Virus record (IMG/VR): IMGVR_UViG_3300042013_000063
Reading direction: 5' to 3' (one strand)
Length of the DNA stretch: 20,000 nucleotides
From: an uncultured virus (IMG/VR IMGVR_UViG_3300042013_000063)
Lineage: Duplodnaviria; Heunggongvirae; Uroviricota; Caudoviricetes
The notes beneath the pieces were generated by a model, which saw nothing but the letters and a program-made list of their open reading frames with translations, had not been told where the DNA came from and searched no databases. The position numbers and the translations under genes were made by a program. Below are positions 17,116-20,000 of this stretch, piece by piece. The first letter of the stretch is position 1. Every line of letters starts with the position of its first letter.

Positions 17116-17705
17116 TGAGAGCGCAAAAAGATCCCAACGAAGCCCGTAAGGCGATCTTTAACCCCACGGGTAAAACCTTCTTGTACTCGCACAAGGCGAT
17201 CTATCGCTACTCGGCGCAGTTCAACGAGATCGTGGGACATATCTCCACGGGTGACCGTAATGAAGATATGAAATTGATGAACGAGGATGTCCACGTCGGC
17301 GGTTCGATTGAAGACATCCTCAAGTTGTTCCGTGATGGCGTGAACGTGACCCTGCGTTATCCTAAAGATTTCGCCGAGATCTACGATCTTGTCGTCACAC
17401 ACATGAACAACTGGATCGAATACATCAACCACGACCCTAACGTGCGTAATGCGCCGCTGGAATCGTTGGGCCTGATGGAAGAGTTTGCCACTTCGATCTA
17501 CCCTCAGGCTGTGGGCTATCGTCCTACGCTTGAACGTCCACCGAAAATGAAGAAGCGCCGTGACCTGTTGTTCGGGGGCATGAGTCGTGAGCAGCAGAAC
17601 GCCGCTGCACCGTCGACCGAAGTGACCAAACACGTACCGTTGATGGAACGTCTGGAAGGTCTGCTGGCCAGCCGGAACGAAAACACACCATCGACGAGGC
17701 GTTAA
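17115..17705 (+). CDS. hypothetical protein (phiKZ gp100-like by synteny)
   Basis: 196 aa with a TAATG stop/start overlap with the upstream gene and typical codon usage. Confidence 0.65.
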   Translation: MRAQKDPNEARKAIFNPTGKTFLYSHKAIYRYSAQFNEIVGHISTGDRNEDMKLMNEDVHVGGSIEDILKLFRDGVNVTLRYPKDFAEIYDLVVTHMNNWIEYINHDPNVRNAPLESLGLMEEFATSIYPQAVGYRPTLERPPKMKKRRDLLFGGMSREQQNAAAPSTEVTKHVPLMERLEGLLASRNENTPSTRR

Positions 17706-17708
17706 CCC

Positions 17709-19094
17709 ATGGAACTCACGGCCAGTCCCTTGGCAAACGAATTGGAACTGATCAATCAGGTGGCTATGTGGGGGCGTTACTACTCCTACGAAGCTGTGAT
17801 CACGACTGAGTCGGAAGACATCGACGTCTTGAAGGTGGTTTCGACGGACTGGATCAGGGCTTACCGTGTTGCAGTGACTGATGAAGTCCTCCTGCAAGTG
17901 GCCATCCCGTCCGGGACGTACCTCAAGCGCATTCTCCCCTTCAAGGAGAACCTCAAAGTCACATTGACGCAGACCCCGATCGGTGCAATCACTGACGACG
18001 ACCCTCGCACGATCCAGGTGCAAGAGTTTCAAGCGTTTGTGATCGGTACGGGGACTACAGATACGTTGGGGTCTAACCCTCAGACGGCTACTGAGGACGC
18101 AGCGAACCTTACGGGTATGGAACTGGTCACCTTTCAGCTGCAAGAGCTGGCTTGGGAACAGATCCGCACCGAAATGGTAGGTGGCGTCCCTCAAGCGTCC
18201 ACACCGTTTGACCTGTTGATCTCGTTACTGTTCAAATCCATCAAGGAATTGGATGCTGACTTGGCAAACCAGGTGTTGGGGGTCGAGTCTGTCCCTCCAC
18301 ACAACACCACCAAGCGAGAACACATCCTGATTCCTCACGGTGTGCCTCTTACAGAGCTTGCAGGGCTCCTCCAGACGCAGTTGGGTGGTATCTACAGCGC
18401 TGGTATGGGATGTTACCTGCAACGTGGCTACTGGTACGTGTGGCCGTTGTACGACTACACCCGTTTTGACACCGCTGAGAAGACTGCCACCTTCATCATC
18501 CTCCCTGATCCTCGTTTCCGAGGTACAGAGAAGACCTACCGCATGACCGAACGCCATCTGACTGCTGTTATCACTGGTGGTGTGAGCATGCAAGACGGTT
18601 CTGAGGGTGAGTTGCTCAACAAGGGCAATGCCGTACGCTTTCCTGACAGCAATTCGATGATGGAAGGCTTTGTTGAGAAGGGCGATAACAAGGCAGTCGC
18701 CAAGCGCACGTTCAACAACACCGAATACGTCGGCGTCCAACGCCGTACGGGCACGCAGATGTCTCGGGTCGCTCCAGACATGACGCGTTCCAACCCGTAT
18801 AACGAGGCCAGTAAGCTGGCAGCGCGTAACGGGGCCTTCATCACGCTGCACTGGGAGAACAGCGAACCTAACTGGATCGTTCCTGGGTTGCAATGCGAGG
18901 TAGGTTTCACCGCAAGTGGCGCACCGGTGTTTGTTCCGGGTGTCGTAGTGCACGCTCACGTGTATTCCGCACTAGCCGGTACAGGTCTGCACCAGTCTGC
19001 TCACCAGATCACTACGGAAGTGGTTGTGATGGTTGATCGTAATAGCCCCGAATACAAGGCCTTCACCGAGGCTAAGGATAACCCAACACAATAA
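17709..19094 (+). CDS. virion structural protein, probable baseplate hub (T4 gp27-like; phiKZ gp101-like)
   Basis: 461 aa, starting 3 nt after the upstream stop. It contains GGIYSAGMGCYLQRGYWYVWPLYD and a C-terminal WENSEPNWIVPG, which I recognise from phiKZ-like hub candidates. The assignment rests on size, synteny and recall. Confidence 0.65.
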   Translation: MELTASPLANELELINQVAMWGRYYSYEAVITTESEDIDVLKVVSTDWIRAYRVAVTDEVLLQVAIPSGTYLKRILPFKENLKVTLTQTPIGAITDDDPRTIQVQEFQAFVIGTGTTDTLGSNPQTATEDAANLTGMELVTFQLQELAWEQIRTEMVGGVPQASTPFDLLISLLFKSIKELDADLANQVLGVESVPPHNTTKREHILIPHGVPLTELAGLLQTQLGGIYSAGMGCYLQRGYWYVWPLYDYTRFDTAEKTATFIILPDPRFRGTEKTYRMTERHLTAVITGGVSMQDGSEGELLNKGNAVRFPDSNSMMEGFVEKGDNKAVAKRTFNNTEYVGVQRRTGTQMSRVAPDMTRSNPYNEASKLAARNGAFITLHWENSEPNWIVPGLQCEVGFTASGAPVFVPGVVVHAHVYSALAGTGLHQSAHQITTEVVVMVDRNSPEYKAFTEAKDNPTQ

Positions 19095-19120
19095 TTCTCA
19101 ACCCTACATTATCCAGCGGT
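19093..19120 (+). promoter_or_regulatory. candidate early (virion RNAP) promoter
   Basis: AATTCTCAACCCTACATTATCC has the core TACATTAT (19105-19112), matching the phiKZ early consensus TATATTAC at 6 of 8 positions. It is intergenic and about 28 nt upstream of an RBS-supported start. Confidence 0.5.
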
Positions 19121-19140
19121 ACACCCTAGAGGTTCCGGCT

Positions 19141-19854
19141 ATGCAAAGCAATCATACGCTGGGGATGGTCAACGTTTCTGATGGAGAACTGCTTACATTT
19201 ACAATCGACCGAGAGTCCCACCCTGACCGCCCCATTACGATTACGGTCATTGCACTGGCTGACATAGACCTCAGTAAAGAGATGGCCGACTTCTACCACA
19301 TGACTGCTAAAGACACGACAGCGCTGATCACTGAGAACGCCATTGTGGGGTTCGTCAATTGGTTAGCGACCAGGGGGTTGCTCAGATTGCCGGTTGAACA
19401 TCGTGTTCACCTCGGTAACTTGAAGCGCCCCTCCAGTCGTTTGACTGATGAGTACAAGTACTCGATCAATCCCGAGATGTTCTGGGAGGCGAAGTTACTG
19501 CACCGCTACTCCAAAGCGTGTTTCAACGTAATCAATCACCAATCGCACATGCTGACGGTGATGGCTAACGTAGATGCACCCTTCACGATGACTGCGACTA
19601 TCATCGATGGAGTTGGAGGTGTCCTTGGGATGTTGCGACTTGACATCCTGAGTGACGCAAAGCACACGCTCATCAGCGATGAAGACATTGAGAGACTCCG
19701 CTTAGGTCTACAGGCGGATATCACAATGCACGTCACCGACCTCATGCTTATGGTTGAGGGTGTTTCGGTGGCGAGTAACCCGACGTTTGGCATCAACTCG
19801 TTTAACAAGCATAGAGAGTTTATCCCGCTGCAACAGGCTGTACCTTCTCTTTGA
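19141..19854 (+). CDS. hypothetical protein (237 aa), possibly early-expressed
   Basis: ATG 19141 has GAGGT at 19129-19133, whereas the ORF-track start at 19033 overlaps the upstream gene. I recognise no motif. Confidence 0.65.
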   Translation: MQSNHTLGMVNVSDGELLTFTIDRESHPDRPITITVIALADIDLSKEMADFYHMTAKDTTALITENAIVGFVNWLATRGLLRLPVEHRVHLGNLKRPSSRLTDEYKYSINPEMFWEAKLLHRYSKACFNVINHQSHMLTVMANVDAPFTMTATIIDGVGGVLGMLRLDILSDAKHTLISDEDIERLRLGLQADITMHVTDLMLMVEGVSVASNPTFGINSFNKHREFIPLQQAVPSL

Positions 19855-19896
19855 AACCCTTTCCTTGAATATACTAGATTCTATAAAGGACCCAAA

Positions 19897-20000
19897 ATGA
19901 CACCACGTACTGAATTCTCGCGTCGCCAGTTCTCGGACTTCTCTGAGCTCGAAGGTCAGGTCAAGGTAACTCGACCTGTACAACCCCAACCTGCTCCGGT
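19897..20000 (+). CDS. 3'-partial hypothetical protein (MTPRTEFSRRQFSDFSELEGQVKVTRPVQPQPAP...)
   Basis: AAAGGA at 19885-19890 precedes ATG 19897 and the frame is open to the window edge. It is absent from the supplied ORF track because it is truncated. Confidence 0.6.
   Translation, partial: MTPRTEFSRRQFSDFSELEGQVKVTRPVQPQPAP

Noticed and set aside
14622..18959. Antisense ORFs of 223-366 aa opposite the neck and hub genes
   Set aside because: Shadow ORFs with no initiation signals or protein-like features.
1..20000. Alternative genetic code, introns/inteins, tRNAs or a diversity-generating element
   Set aside because: Genes tile the window under the standard code with no unexplained gaps. 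I saw no intein or homing-endonuclease motifs, cloverleaf, reverse transcriptase or long near-identical repeats by eye.

Overview
This window reads as the conserved late (virion morphogenesis) block of a phiKZ-like jumbo phage (Chimalliviridae-type), not bacterial chromosome. It holds 16 densely packed genes, 2 of them partial. In order: a partial HExxH metallopeptidase-like protein with a hydrophobic hairpin; a small minor head protein; a head protein with an acidic propeptide; an inverted pair (981-aa baseplate wedge-like and 377-aa tail-tube/baseplate-junction-like); three head/inner-body genes; three tandem internal-head paralogues whose N-termini carry many S/A/G-x-E prohead-protease motifs; neck/tail-completion and baseplate hub-like genes; then an early-promoter-like motif and two unknown genes. 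Gene sizes, order and the inversion match my recollection of phiKZ ~gp84-gp101. Those orthology labels come from synteny and motifs, not a database search. I see no CRISPR array, tRNA, rRNA, mobile element or defence system, and cannot claim a wholly new system. The best leads are a recurrent hairpin flanked by TATGYCG-type motifs, a structured leader before the most codon-biased gene, amphipathic helices directly after the last protease site in four head proteins, and a possible membrane-anchored virion metalloprotease.
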